From NCBI GenBank assembly GCA_964035545.1, contig OZ037768.1, forward strand, positions 15,075,675 through 15,139,674: 64,000 nt of DNA. The letters are read 5' to 3'. The notes beneath the pieces were generated by a model. That model was given only the letters and a program-made list of their open reading frames with translations, searched no databases and was not told the DNA's origin. Origin of the DNA: Bugula neritina. Lineage: Eukaryota > Animalia > Bryozoa. The position numbers were made by a program, and so were the translations under genes. Below are positions 29,801 through 47,800 of this stretch, piece by piece (positions within the stretch are counted from its first letter, which is position 1; the number at the start of each line of letters is the position of its first letter).

Positions 29801-32800
29801 TGTAAAATACTGAAATACACTGCAACATACCGCAGCAAACTGCAACGTATTGAAATACACTGTAACATATTGAAAAATACTGCAACACATTGAAATATAC
29901 TGCAACATACTAAAGCATACGGCAACATACTGAAATATACTGCGACACATTGAGATATAGTGCAACATACTGAAATATGCTGTAGCATACTGAAATACAC
30001 TGCAATACACTGAAGTATACTGTAATCTACAGAAATGTACTGTAACATACTGAAACATACGGCAACATACTAAAATATACTGCGACACATTGAAATATAC
30101 TGCAATATACTGAAATACACCGTAACATACTAAACTCCACTGCAACATTCTGAAATACACCGTAACACATTGAAATACACTGCAACACAGGGAATTATAC
30201 TGAAATACATTGTAAGATATGGAAACACACTGCAACATACTGCAACATAATGAAATATATGGTAACCTACTGAAATATGTTGAAAACTACTGAAACATAC
30301 TGCAACATTATGCAACATAATGAAAGATACTGCAATATACTGAAATAAACTGCAAGATACTGCAACATACTGAAATACACTGTAACCTACTGAAATACAC
30401 TGTAACATATTGAAATACACTGCGACATACTGCAACATACTGAAAAACGCTGTAACATATTGAAATACACTGCAACACATTGAAATATTCCGCAACATAC
30501 CGAAATATAAGGTAAGCTAATGAGTTATACTGTAACACGTTGAAGTACACTGCAACATACTGAAATACACTGCGACACACTAAATTATACTGTAATTTAC
30601 AGAAATGTACTGCAACATACTGAAATATACTGCAAGATACTGCAACATACTGAAATACACTGTAACATACTGAAATACACTGCAACATACTGAAATATAC
30701 TGCATGATACTGCAACATACTGATACACATTGTAAGATACTGAAATGCACTGCAACATACGGAAATATACTGCATGATACTGCAACATATTCATACACAT
30801 TGTAAGATACTGAAATACACTGCAACATACCGCAACATACTGCAACGTATTGAAATACACTGTAACATATTGAAAAACACTGCAACACATTGAAACATAC
30901 TGCAACATACTGAAACATACGGCAACATACTGAAATATACTGCGACACATTGAAATATAGTGCAACATACTGAAATATGCTGTAGCATACTGAAATACAC
31001 TGCAATACACTGAAGTATACTGTAATATACAGAAACGTACTGTAACATACTGAAACATACGGCAACATACTACAATATACTGTGACACATTGAAATATAC
31101 TGCAACATACTGAAATACACCGTAACATACTGAAACACACTGCAACATACTGAAATACACTGTAACATATTGAAATACACTGCAACACACTGAAATATAC
31201 TGAAACATACCGAAATATATGGTAACCTACTGAAATATGTTGCAAACCACTAAAACATACTGCATCATCCTGCAACAAAATGAAATATACGGTAACACTG
31301 AAGCATACTGCAATATACTGACATATACTGTAACATACTAAGACATACTGCAACATACCGAAAAATATGGTAACCTACTGAAATATGTTACAAACTACTG
31401 AAACATACTGCAACATACTGCAACATAATGAAATATACTGCAACATACTGAAAGATACTGCAACATACTGAAATATACTGCAAGATACTGAACAATACTG
31501 AAATACATTGTAAGATACCTAAATACACTGCAACATACTGCAACATATTGAAATACACTGTAACATATTGAAAAACACTGCAACACATTGAAATATACCG
31601 CAACATACCGAAGTATATGATAGCCTACTGAAATATACTGCGACATACTGAAATACACTGTAACGTACTGAAATACACTGCAACATACTGAAATACACTG
31701 TAACATATTAAAATACACTGCAACACACTGAAATATACTGAAACATACCGAAATATATGGTAACCCACTGAAATCTGTTGCAAACCACTGAAATATACTG
31801 CAACATACTGCAACATAATGAAGTATACTGCAACATACTGAAATATACTGCAAGATACTGCAACATACTGATACAGATTGTAAGATACTGAAATACACTG
31901 CAACATACCGCAACATACTGCAACGTATTGAAAAACACTGTAACATATTGAAAAACACTGCAACACATTGAAATATACTGCAACATACTGAAACATACGG
32001 CAACATACTGAAATATACTGCGACACATTGAAATATAGTGCAACACACTGAAATATGCTGTAGCATACTGAAATACACTGCAATTCACTGAAATATACTG
32101 CAATATACAGAAACGTACTGTAACATACTGAAACATACGGCAACATACTAAAATGTACTGCGACACATTGAAATATACTGCAACATACTGAAATACACCG
32201 TAACATACTAAACTCCACTTCAACATTCTGAAATACACTGTAACACATTGAAATACACTGCAACACATTGAATTATACTGAAATACATTGTAAGATAGTG
32301 AAATACACTGCAAGATACTGCAACATAATGGAATATATGGTAACCTACTGAAATATGTTGAAAACTACTGAAATATACTGCAACATAATGCAACATAATG
32401 AAAGATACTGCAACATACTGAAATAAACTGCAAGATACTGCAACATACTGAAATACACTGCAACACACTGAAGTATACTGTAATATACAGAAATGTACTG
32501 TAAAATACTGAAATATACTTCATTATACTGAAAATACCTAAAAACATTGAAACATACTGATATACACTGAAACATACTGAAATACACTGCAACACATTGG
32601 AATATACTGCAACATACCGAAATATATGGTAACCTACTGAAGTATGTTGCAAACTACTGAAATATACTGCAACATACTGAAATACGCCGTAACATACTGA
32701 AATACACTGCAACATACTGAGATACATCGTAACAAATTGAAATACACTGCAATACACTGAAATATACTGAAACATACCGAAATATATGGTAACCTACTGA

Positions 32801-35800
32801 AATATGTTGCAAACCACTGAAACATACTGCATCATCCTGCAACAAAGTGAAAAATACGGTAACACTGAAGCATACTGCAATATACTGAAATATACTGTAA
32901 CATACTGAGACATACTGCAACATACCGAAATATATGGTAACCTACTGAAATATGTTGCATACGACTGAAATATACTGCAAAATATTGAAGTATACTGCAA
33001 CATACTGAAATATACTGCAAGATACTGCAACATACTGAAATACACTGTAACATACTGAAATACACTGCAAGATACTGAATCATACTGCAAGATACTGCAA
33101 CATACTGAAACACATTGTAAAATACTGAAATACACTGCAACATACCGCAGCAAACTGCAACGTATTGAAATACACTGTAACATATTGAAAAATACTGCAA
33201 CACATTGAAATATACTGCAACATACTAAAGCATACGGCAACATACTGAAATATACTGCGACACATTGAGATATAGTGCAACATACTGAAATATGCTGTAG
33301 CATACTGAAATACACTGCAATACACTGAAGTATACTGTAATCTACAGAAATGTACTGTAACATACTGAAACATACGGCAACATACTAAAATATACTGCGA
33401 CACATTGAAATATACTGCAATATACTGAAATACACCGTAACATACTAAACTCCACTGCAACATTCTGAAATACACCGTAACACATTGAAATACACTGCAA
33501 CACAGGGAATTATACTGAAATACATTGTAAGATATGGAAACACACTGCAACATACTGCAACATAATGAAATATATGGTAACCTACTGAAATATGTTGAAA
33601 ACTACTGAAACATACTGCAACATTATGCAACATAATGAAAGATACTGCAATATACTGAAATAAACTGCAAGATACTGCAACATACTGAAATACACTGTAA
33701 CCTACTGAAATACATTGTAACATATTGAAATACACTGCGACATACTGCAACATACTGAAAAACGCTGTAACATATTGAAATACACTGCAACACATTGAAA
33801 TATTCCGCAACATACCGAAATATAAGGTAAGCTAATGAGTTATACTGTAACACGTTGAAGTACACTGCAACATACTGAAATACACTGCGACACACTAAAT
33901 TATACTGTAATTTACAGAAATGTACTGCAACATACTGAAATATACTGCAAGATACTGCAACATACTGAAATACACTGTAACATACTGAAATACACTGCAA
34001 CATACTGAAATATACTGCATGATACTGCAACATACTGATACACATTGTAAGATACTGAAATGCACTGCAACATACTGAAATATACTGCATGATACTGCAA
34101 CATATTCATACACATTGTAAGATACTGAAATACACTGCAACATACCGCAACATACTGCAACGTATTGAAATACACTGTAACATATTGAAAAACACTGCAA
34201 CACATTGAAACATACTGCAACATACTGAAACATACGGCAACATACTGAAATATACTGCGACACATTGAAATATAGTGCAACATACTGAAATATGCTGTAG
34301 CATACTGAAATACACTGCAATACACTGAAGTATACTGTAATATACAGAAACGTACTGTAACATACTAAAACATACGGCAACATACTACAATATACTGTGA
34401 CACATTGAAATATACTGCAACATACTGAAATACACCGTAACATACTGAAACACACTGCAACATACTGAAATACACTGTAACATATTGAAATACACTGCAA
34501 CACACTGAAATATACTGAAACATACCGAAATATATGGTAACCTACTGAAATATGTTGCAAACCACTAATACTGCATCATCCTGCAACAAAATGAAATATA
34601 CGGTAACACTGAAGCATACTGCAATATACTGACATATACTGTAACATACTAAGACATACTGCAACATACCGAAAAATATGGTAACCTACTGAAATATGTT
34701 ACAAACTACTGAAACATACTGCAACATACTGCAACATAATGAAATATACTGCAACATACTGAAAGATACTGCAACATACTGAAATATACTGCAAGATACT
34801 GAAAAATACTGAAATACATTGTAAGATACCTAAATACACTGCAACATACTGCAACATATTGAAATACACTGTAACATATTGAAAAACACTGCAACACATT
34901 GAAATATACCGCAACATACCGAAGTATATGGTAGCCTACTGAAATATACTGCGACATACTGAAATACACTGTAACGTACTGAAATACACTGCAACATACT
35001 GAAATACACTGTAACATATTAAAATACACTGCAACACACTGAAATATACTGAAACATACCGAAATATATGGTAACCCACTGAAATCTGTTGCAAACCACT
35101 GAAATATACTGCAACATACTGCAACATAATGAAGTATACTGCAACATACTGAAATATACTGCAAGATACTGCAACATACTGATACACATTGTAAGATACT
35201 GAAATACACTGCAACATACCGCAACATACTGCAACGTATTGAAAAACACTGTAACGTATTGAAAAACACTGCAACACATTGAAATATACTGCAACATACT
35301 GAAACATACGGCAACATACTGAAATCAACTGCGACACATTGAAATATAGTGCAACATACTGAAATATGCTGTAGCATACTGAAATACACTGCAATTCACT
35401 GAAATATACTGTAATATACAGAAACGTACTGTAACATACTGAAACATACGGCAACATACTAAAATGTACTGCGACACATTGAATTATACTGCAACATACT
35501 GAAATACACCGTAACATACTAAACTCCACTTCAACATTCTGAAATACACTGTAACACATTGAAATACACTGCAACACATTGAATTATACTGAAATACATT
35601 GTAGGATACTGAAATACACTGCAAGATACTGCAACATAATGGAATATATGGTAACCTACTGAAATATGTTGAAAACTACTGAAATATACTGCAACATAAT
35701 GCAACATAATGAAAGATACTGCAACATACTGAAATAAACTGCAAGATACTGCAACATACTGAAATACACTGCAACACACTGAAGTATACTGTAATATACA

Positions 35801-38800
35801 GAAATGTACTGTAAAATACTGAAATATACTTCATTATACTGAAAATACCTAAAAACATTGAAACATACTGATATACACTGAAACATACTGAAATACACTG
35901 CAACACATTGGAATATACTGCAACATACCGAAATATATGGTAACCTACTGAAGTATGTTGCAAACTACTGAAATATACTGCAACATACTGAAATACGCCG
36001 TAACATACTGAAATACACTGTAACCTACTGAAATACACTGTAACATATTGAAATACACTGCGACATACTGCAACATACTGAAAAACGCTGTAACATATTG
36101 AAATACACTGCAACACATTGAAATATTCCGCAACATACCGAAATATAAGGTAAGCTAATGAGTTATACTGTAACACGTTGAAGTACACTGCAACATACTG
36201 AAATACACTGCGACACACTAAATTATACTGTAATTTACAGAAATGTACTGCAACATACTGAAATATACTGCAAGATACTGCAACATACTGAAATACACTG
36301 TAACATACTGAAATACACTGCAACATACTGAAATATACTGCATGATACTGCAACATACTGATACACATTGTAAGATACTGAAATGCACTGCAACATACTG
36401 AAATATACTGCATGATACTGCAACATATTCATACACATTGTAAGATACTGAAATACACTGCAACATACCGCAACATACTGCAACGTATTGAAATACACTG
36501 TAACATATTGAAAGACACTGCAACACATTGAAACATACTGCAACATACTGAAACATACGGCAACATACTGAAATATACTGCGACACATTGAAATATAGTG
36601 CAACATACTGAAATATGCTGTAGCATACTGAAATACACTGCAATACACTGAAGTATACTGTAATATACAGAAACGTACTGTAACATACTGAAACATACGG
36701 CAACATACTACAATATACTGTGACACATTGAAATATACTGCAACATACTGAAATACACCGTAACATACTGAAACCCACTGCAACATACTGAAATACACTG
36801 TAACATATTGAAATACACTGCAACACACTGAAATATACTGAAACATACCGAAATATATGGTAACCTACTGAAATATGTTGCAAACCACTAAAACATACTG
36901 CATCATCCTGCAACAAAATGAAATATACGGTAACACTGAAGCATACTGCAATATACTGACATATACTGTAACATACTAAGACATACTGCAACATACCGAA
37001 AAATATGGTAACCTACTGAAATATGTTACAAACTACTGAAACATACTGCAACATACTGCAACATAATGAAATATACTGCAACATACTGAAAGATACTGCA
37101 ACATACTGAAATATACTGCAAGATACTGAAAAATACTGAAATACATTGTAAGATACCTAAATACACTGCAACATACTGCAACATATTGAAATACACTGTA
37201 ACATATTGAAAAACACTGCAACACATTGAAATATACCGCAACATACCGAAGTATATGGTAGCCTACTGAAATATACTGCGACATACTGAAATACACTGTA
37301 ACGTACTGAAATACACTGCAACATACTGAAATACACTGTAACATATTAAAATACACTGCAACACACTGAAATATACTGAAACATACCGAAATATATGGTA
37401 ACCCACTGAAATCTGTTGCAAACCACTGAAATATACTGCAACATACTGCAACATAATGAAGTATACTGCAACATACTGAAATATACTGCAAGATACTGCA
37501 ACATACTGATACAGATTGTAAGATACTGAAATACACTGCAACATACCGCAACATACTGCAACGTATTGAAAAACACTGTAACATATTGAAAAACACTGCA
37601 ACACATTGAAATATACTGCAACATACTGAAACATACGGCAACATACTGAAATATACTGCGACACATTGAAATATAGTGCAACATACTGAAATATGCTGTA
37701 GCATACTGAAATACACTGCAATTCACTGAAATATACTGTAATATACAGAAACGTACTGTAACATACTGAAACATACGGCAACATACTAAAATGTACTGCG
37801 ACACATTGAAATATACTGCAACATACTGAAATACACCGTAACATACTAAACTCCACTTCAACATTCTGAAATACACTGTAACACATTGAAATACACTGCA
37901 ACACATTGAATTATACTGAAATACATTGTAAGATACTGAAATACACTGCAAGATACTGCAACATAATGGAATATATGGTAACCTACTGAAATATGTTGAA
38001 AACTACTGAAATATACTGCAACATAATGCAACATAATGAAAGATACTGCAACATACTGAAATAAACTGCAAGATACTGCAACATACTGAAATACACTGCA
38101 ACACACTGAAGTATACTGTAATATACAGAAATGTACTGTAAAATACTGAAATATACTTCATTATACTGAAAATACCTAAAAACATTGAAACATACTGATA
38201 TACACTGAAACATACTGAAATACACTGCAACACATTGGAATATACTGCAACATACCGAAATATATGGTAACCTACTGAAGTATGTTGCAAACTACTGAAA
38301 TATACTGCAACATACTGAAATACGCCGTAACATACTGAAATACACTGCAACATACTGAGATACATCGTAACAAATTGAAATACACTGCAATACACTGAAA
38401 TATACTGAAACATACCGAAATATATGGTAACCTACTGAAATATGTTGCAAACCACTGAAACATACTGCATCATCCTGCAACAAAGTGAAAAATACGGTAA
38501 CACTGAAGCATACTGCAATATACTGAAATATACTGTAACATACTGAGACATACTGCAACATACCGAAATATATGGTAACCTACTGAAATATGTTGCATAC
38601 GACTGAAATATACTGCAACATATTGAAGTATACTGCAACATACTGAAAAATACTGCAAGATACTGCAACATACTGAAATACACTGTAACATACTGAAATA
38701 CACTGCAAGATACTGAATCATACTGCAAGATACTGCAACATACTGAAACACATTGTAAAATACTGAAATACACTGCAACATACCGCAGCAAACTGCAACG

Positions 38801-41800
38801 TATTGAAATACACTGTAACATATTGAAAAATACTGCAACACATTGAAATATACTGCAACATACTAAAGCATACGGCAACATACTGAAATATACTGCGACA
38901 CATTGAGATATAGTGCAACATACTGAAATATGCTGTAGCATACTGAAATACACTGCAATACACTGAAGTATACTGTAATCTACAGAAATGTACTGTAACA
39001 TACTGAAACATACGGCAACATACTAAAATATACTGCGACACATTGAAATATACTGCAATATACTGAAATACACCGTAACATACTAAACTCCACTGCAACA
39101 TTCTGAAATACACCGTAACACATTGAAATACACTGCAACACAGGGAATTATACTGAAATACATTGTAAGATATGGAAACACACTGCAACATACTGCAACA
39201 TAATGAAATATATGGTAACCTACTGAAATATGTTGAAAACTACTGAAACATACTGCAACATTATGCAACATAATGAAAGATACTGCAATATACTGAAATA
39301 AACTGCAAGATACTGCAACATACTGAAATACACTGTAACCTACTGAAATACACTGTAACATATTGAAATACACTGCGACATACTGCAACATACTGAAAAA
39401 CGCTGTAACATATTGAAATACACTGCAACACATTGAAATATTCCGCAACATACCGAAATATAAGGTAAGCTAATGAGTTATACTGTAACACGTTGAAGTA
39501 CACTGCAACATACTGAAATACACTGCGACACACTAAATTATACTGTAATTTACAGAAATGTACTGCAACATACTGAAATATACTGCAAGATACTGCAACA
39601 TACTGAAATACACTGTAACATACTGAAATACACTGCAACATACTGAAATATACTGCATGATACTGCAACATACTGATACACATTGTAAGATACTGAAATG
39701 CACTGCAACATACGGAAATATACTGCATGATACTGCAACATATTCATACACATTGTAAGATACTGAAATACACTGCAACATACCGCAACATACTGCAACG
39801 TATTGAAATACACTGTAACATATTGAAAAACACTGCAACACATTGAAACATACTGCAACATACTGAAACATACGGCAACATACTGAAATATACTGCGACA
39901 CATTGAAATATAGTGCAACATACTGAAATATGCTGTAGCATACTGAAATACACTGCAATACACTGAAGTATACTGTAATATACAGAAACGTACTGTAACA
40001 TACTGAAACATACGGCAACATACTACAATATACTGTGACACATTGAAATATACTGCAACATACTGAAATACACCGTAACATACTGAAACACACTGCAACA
40101 TACTGAAATACACTGTAACATATTAAAATACACTGCAACACACTGAAATATACTGAAACATACCGAAATATATGGTAACCTACTGAAATATGTTGCAAAC
40201 CACTAAAACATACTGCATCATCCTGCAACAAAATGAAATATACGGTAACACTGAAGCATACTGCAATATACTGACATATACTGTAACATACTAAGACATA
40301 CTGCAACATACCGAAAAATATGGTAACCTACTGAAATATGTTACAAACTACTGAAACATACTGCAACATACTGCAACATAATGAAATATACTGCAACATA
40401 CTGAAAGATACTGCAACATACTGAAATATACTGCAAGATACTGAACAATACTGAAATACATTGTAAGATACCTAAATACACTGCAACATACTGCAACATA
40501 TTGAAATACACTGTAACATATTGAAAAACACTGCAACACATTGAAATATACCGCAACATACCGAAGTATATGATAGCCTACTGAAATATACTGCGACATA
40601 CTGAAATACACTGTAACGTACTGAAATACACTGCAACATACTGAAATACACTGTAACATATTAAAATACACTGCAACACACTGAAATATACTGAAACATA
40701 CCGAAATATATGGTAACCCACTGAAATCTGTTGCAAACCACTGAAATATACTGCAACATACTGCAACATAATGAAGTATACTGCAACATACTGAAATATA
40801 CTGCAAGATACTGCAACATACTGATACAGATTGTAAGATACTGAAATACACTGCAACATACCGCAACATACTGCAACGTATTGAAAAACACTGTAACATA
40901 TTGAAAAACACTGCAACACATTGAAATATACTGCAACATACTGAAACATACGGCAACATACTGAAATATACTGCGACACATTGAAATATAGTGCAACACA
41001 CTGAAATATGCTGTAGCATACTGAAATACACTGCAATTCACTGAAATATACTGCAATATACAGAAACGTACTGTAACATACTGAAACATACGGCAACATA
41101 CTAAAATGTACTGCGACACATTGAAATATACTGCAACATACTGAAATACACCGTAACATACTAAACTCCACTTCAACATTCTGAAATACACTGTAACACA
41201 TTGAAATACACTGCAACACATTGAATTATACTGAAATACATTGTAAGATACTGAAATACACTGCAAGATACTGCAACATAATGGAATATATGGTAACCTA
41301 CTGAAATATGTTGAAAACTACTGAAATATACTGCAACATAATGCAACATAATGAAAGATACTGCAACATACTGAAATAAACTGCAAGATACTGCAACATA
41401 CTGAAATACACTGCAACACACTGAAGTATACTGTAATATACAGAAATGTACTGTAAAATACTGAAATATACTTCATTATACTGAAAATACCTAAAAACAT
41501 TGAAACATACTGATATACACTGAAACATACTGAAATACACTGCAACACATTGGAATATACTGCAACATACCGAAATATATGGTAACCTACTGAAGTATGT
41601 TGCAAACTACTGAAATATACTGCAACATACTGAAATACGCCGTAACATACTGAAATACACTGCAACATACTGAGATACATCGTAACAAATTGAAATACAC
41701 TGCAATACACTGAAATATACTGAAACATACCGAAATATATGGTAACCTACTGAAATATGTTGCAAACCACTGAAACATACTGCATCATCCTGCAACAAAG

Positions 41801-44800
41801 TGAAAAATACGGTAACACTGAAGCATACTGCAATATACTGAAATATACTGTAACATACTGAGACATACTGCAACATACCGAAATATATGGTAACCTACTG
41901 AAATATGTTGCATACGACTGAAATATACTGCAAAATATTGAAGTATACTGCAACATACTGAAATATACTGCAAGATACTGCAACATACTGAAATACACTG
42001 TAACATACTGAAATACACTGCAAGATACTGAATCATACTGCAAGATACTGCAACATACTGAAACACATTGTAAAATACTGAAATACACTGCAACATACCG
42101 CAGCAAACTGCAACGTATTGAAATACACTGTAACATATTGAAAAATACTGCAACACATTGAAATATACTGCAACATACTAAAGCATACGGCAACATACTG
42201 AAATATACTGCGACACATTGAGATATAGTGCAACATACTGAAATATGCTGTAGCATACTGAAATACACTGCAATACACTGAAGTATACTGTAATCTACAG
42301 AAATGTACTGTAACATACTGAAACATACGGCAACATACTAAAATATACTGCGACACATTGAAATATACTGCAATATACTGAAATACACCGTAACATACTA
42401 AACTCCACTGCAACATTCTGAAATACACCGTAACACATTGAAATACACTGCAACACAGGGAATTATACTGAAATACATTGTAAGATATGGAAACACACTG
42501 CAACATACTGCAACATAATGAAATATATGGTAACCTACTGAAATATGTTGAAAACTACTGAAACATACTGCAACATTATGCAACATAATGAAAGATACTG
42601 CAATATACTGAAATAAACTGCAAGATACTGCAACATACTGAAATACACTGTAACCTACTGAAATACATTGTAACATATTGAAATACACTGCGACATACTG
42701 CAACATACTGAAAAACGCTGTAACATATTGAAATACACTGCAACACATTGAAATATTCCGCAACATACCGAAATATAAGGTAAGCTAATGAGTTATACTG
42801 TAACACGTTGAAGTACACTGCAACATACTGAAATACACTGCGACACACTAAATTATACTGTAATTTACAGAAATGTACTGCAACATACTGAAATATACTG
42901 CAAGATACTGCAACATACTGAAATACACTGTAACATACTGAAATACACTGCAACATACTGAAATATACTGCATGATACTGCAACATACTGATACACATTG
43001 TAAGATACTGAAATGCACTGCAACATACTGAAATATACTGCATGATACTGCAACATATTCATACACATTGTAAGATACTGAAATACACTGCAACATACCG
43101 CAACATACTGCAACGTATTGAAATACACTGTAACATATTGAAAAACACTGCAACACATTGAAACATACTGCAACATACTGAAACATACGGCAACATACTG
43201 AAATATACTGCGACACATTGAAATATAGTGCAACATACTGAAATATGCTGTAGCATACTGAAATACACTGCAATACACTGAAGTATACTGTAATATACAG
43301 AAACGTACTGTAACATACTGAAACATACGGCAACATACTACAATATACTGTGACACATTGAAATATACTGCAACATACTGAAATACACCGTAACATACTG
43401 AAACACACTGCAACATACTGAAATACACTGTAACATATTGAAATACACTGCAACACACTGAAATATACTGAAACATACCGAAATATATGGTAACCTACTG
43501 AAATATGTTGCAAACCACTAATACTGCATCATCCTGCAACAAAATGAAATATACGGTAACACTGAAGCATACTGCAATATACTGACATATACTGTAACAT
43601 ACTAAGACATACTGCAACATACCGAAAAATATGGTAACCTACTGAAATATGTTACAAACTACTGAAACATACTGCAACATACTGCAACATAATGAAATAT
43701 ACTGCAACATACTGAAAGATACTGCAACATACTGAAATATACTGCAAGATACTGAAAAATACTGAAATACATTGTAAGATACCTAAATACACTGCAACAT
43801 ACTGCAACATATTGAAATACACTGTAACATATTGAAAAACACTGCAACACATTGAAATATACCGCAACATACCGAAGTATATGGTAGCCTACTGAAATAT
43901 ACTGCGACATACTGAAATACACTGTAACGTACTGAAATACACTGCAACATACTGAAATACACTGTAACATATTAAAATACACTGCAACACACTGAAATAT
44001 ACTGAAACATACCGAAATATATGGTAACCCACTGAAATCTGTTGCAAACCACTGAAATATACTGCAACATACTGCAACATAATGAAGTATACTGCAACAT
44101 ACTGAAATATACTGCAAGATACTGCAACATACTGATACACATTGTAAGATACTGAAATACACTGCAACATACCGCAACATACTGCAACGTATTGAAAAAC
44201 ACTGTAACGTATTGAAAAACACTGCAACACATTGAAATATACTGCAACATACTGAAACATACGGCAACATACTGAAATCAACTGCGACACATTGAAATAT
44301 AGTGCAACATACTGAAATATGCTGTAGCATACTGAAATACACTGCAATTCACTGAAATATACTGTAATATACAGAAACGTACTGTAACATACTGAAACAT
44401 ACGGCAACATACTAAAATGTACTGCGACACATTGAATTATACTGCAACATACTGAAATACACCGTAACATACTAAACTCCACTTCAACATTCTGAAATAC
44501 ACTGTAACACATTGAAATACACTGCAACACATTGAATTATACTGAAATACATTGTAGGATACTGAAATACACTGCAAGATACTGCAACATAATGGAATAT
44601 ATGGTAACCTACTGAAATATGTTGAAAACTACTGAAATATACTGCAACATAATGCAACATAATGAAAGATACTGCAACATACTGAAATAAACTGCAAGAT
44701 ACTGCAACATACTGAAATACACTGCAACACACTGAAGTATACTGTAATATACAGAAATGTACTGTAAAATACTGAAATATATTTCATTATACTGAAAATA

Positions 44801-47800
44801 CCTAAAAACATTGAAACATACTGATATACACTGAAACATACTGAAATACACTGCAACACATTGGAATATACTGCAACATACCGAAATATATGGTAACCTA
44901 CTGAAGTATGTTGCAAACTACTGAAATATACTGCAACATACTGAAATACGCCGTAACATACTGAAATACACTGCAACATACTTAAATACATCGTAACAAA
45001 TTGAAATACACTGCAATACACTGAAATATACTGAAACATACCGAAATATATGGTAACCTACTGAAATGTGTTGCAAACCACTGAAACATACTGCATCATC
45101 CTGCAACAAAGTGAAAAATACGGTAACACTGAAGCATACTGCAATATACTGAAATATACTGTAACATACTGAGACATACTGCAACATACCGAAATATATG
45201 GTAACCTACTGAAATATGTTGCATACGACTGAAATATACTGCAACATATTGAAGTATACTGCAACATACTGAAATATACTGCAAGATACTGCAACATACT
45301 GAAATACACTGTAACATACTGAAATACACTGCAAGATACTGAAATATACTGCAAGATACTGCAACATACTGAAACACATTGTAAAATACTGAAATACACT
45401 GCAACATACCGCAGCAAACTGCAACGTATTGAAATACACTGTAACATATTGAAAAATACTGCAACACATTGAAATATACTGCAACATACTAAAGCATACG
45501 GCAACATACTGAAATATACTGCGACACATTGAAATATAGTGCAACATACTGAAATATGCTGTAGCATACTGAAATACACTGAAATACACTGAAGTATACT
45601 GTAATCTACAGAAATGTACTGTAACATACTGAAACATACGGCAACATACTAAAATATACTGCGACACATTGAAATATACTGCAATATACTGAAATACACC
45701 GTAACATACTAAACTCCACTACAACATTCTGAAATACACTGTAACACATTGAAATACACTGCAACACAGTGAATTATACTGAAATACATTGTAAGATACG
45801 GAAACACGCTGCAACATACTGCAACATAATGAAATATATGGTAACCTACTGAAATATGTTGAAAACTACTGAAATATACTGCAACATTATACAACATAAT
45901 GAAAGATACTGCAATATACTGAAATAAACTGCAAGATACTGCAACATACTGAAATACACTGTAACATACTGAAATACGCTGTAACATATTGAAATACACT
46001 GCGACATACTGCAACATACTGAAAAACGCTGTAACATATTGAAATACACTGCAACACATTGAAATATTCCGCAACATACCGAAATATATGGTAACCTAAT
46101 GATGTATACTGTAACACGTTGAAGTACACTGCAACATACTGAAATACACTGCAACACACTAAATTATACTGTAATTTACAGAAATGTACTGCAACATACT
46201 GAAATATACTGCAAGATACTGCAACATACTGAAATACACTGTAACATACTGAAATACACTGCAACATACTGAAATATGCTGCATGATACTGCAATATACT
46301 GGAACACATTGTAAGATCCTGAAATGCACTGCAACATACTGAAATATACTGCATGATACTGCAACATACTCATACACATTGTAAGATACTGAAATACACT
46401 GCAACATACCGCAACATACTGCAACGTATTGAAATACACTGTAACATATTGAAAAACACTGCAACACATTGAAATATACTGCAACATACTAAAACATACG
46501 GCAACATACTGAAATATACTGCGACACATTGAAATATAGTGCAACATACTGAAATATGCTGTAGCATACTGAAATACACTGCAATTCACTGAAATATACT
46601 GTAATATACAGAAACGTACTGTAACATACTGAAACATACGGCAACATACTAAAATGTACTGCGACACATTGAAATATACTGCAACATACTGAAATACACC
46701 GTAACATACTAAACTCCACTTCAATATTCTGAAATACACTGTAACACATTGAAATACACTGCAACACATTGAATTATACTGAAATACATTGTAAGATACT
46801 GAAATACACTGCAAGATACTGCAACATAATGGAATATATGATAACCTACTGAAATATGTTGAAAACTACTGAAATATACTGCAACATAATGCAACATAAT
46901 GAAAGATACTGCAACATACTGAAATAAACTGCAAGATACTGCAACATACTGAAATACACTGCAACACACTGAAGTATACTGTAATATACAGAAATGTACT
47001 GTAAAATACTGAAATATACTTCATTATACTGAAAGTACCTAAAAACATTGAAACATACTGATATACACTGAAACATACTGAAATACACTGCAACACATTG
47101 GAATATACTGCAACATACCGAAATATATGGTAACCTACTGAAGTATGTTGCAAACTACTGAAATATACTGCAACATACTGAAATACGCCGTAACATACTG
47201 AAATACACTGCAACATACTGAGATACATCGTAACAAATTGAAATACACTGCAATACACTGAAATATACTGAAACATACCGAAATATATGGTAACCTACTG
47301 AAATATGTTGCAAACCACTGAAACATACTGCATCATCCTGCAACAAAGTGAAAAATACGGTAACACTGAAGCATACTGCAATATACTGAAATATACTGTA
47401 ACATACTGAGACATACTGCAACATACCGAAATATATGGTAACCTACTGAAATATGTTGCATACGACTGAAATATACTGCAACATATTGAAGTATACTGCA
47501 ACATACTGAAATATACTGCAAGATACTGCAACATACTGAAATACACTGTAACATACTGAAATACACTGCAAGATACTGAATCATACTGCAAGATACTGCA
47601 ACATACTGAAACACATTGTAAAATACTGAAATACACTGCAACATACCGCAGCAAACTGCAACGTATTGAAATACACTGTAACATATTGAAAAATACTGCA
47701 ACACATTGAAATATACTGCAACATACTAAAGCATACGGCAACATACTGAAATATACTGCGACACATTGAGATATAGTGCAACATACTGAAATATGCTGTA

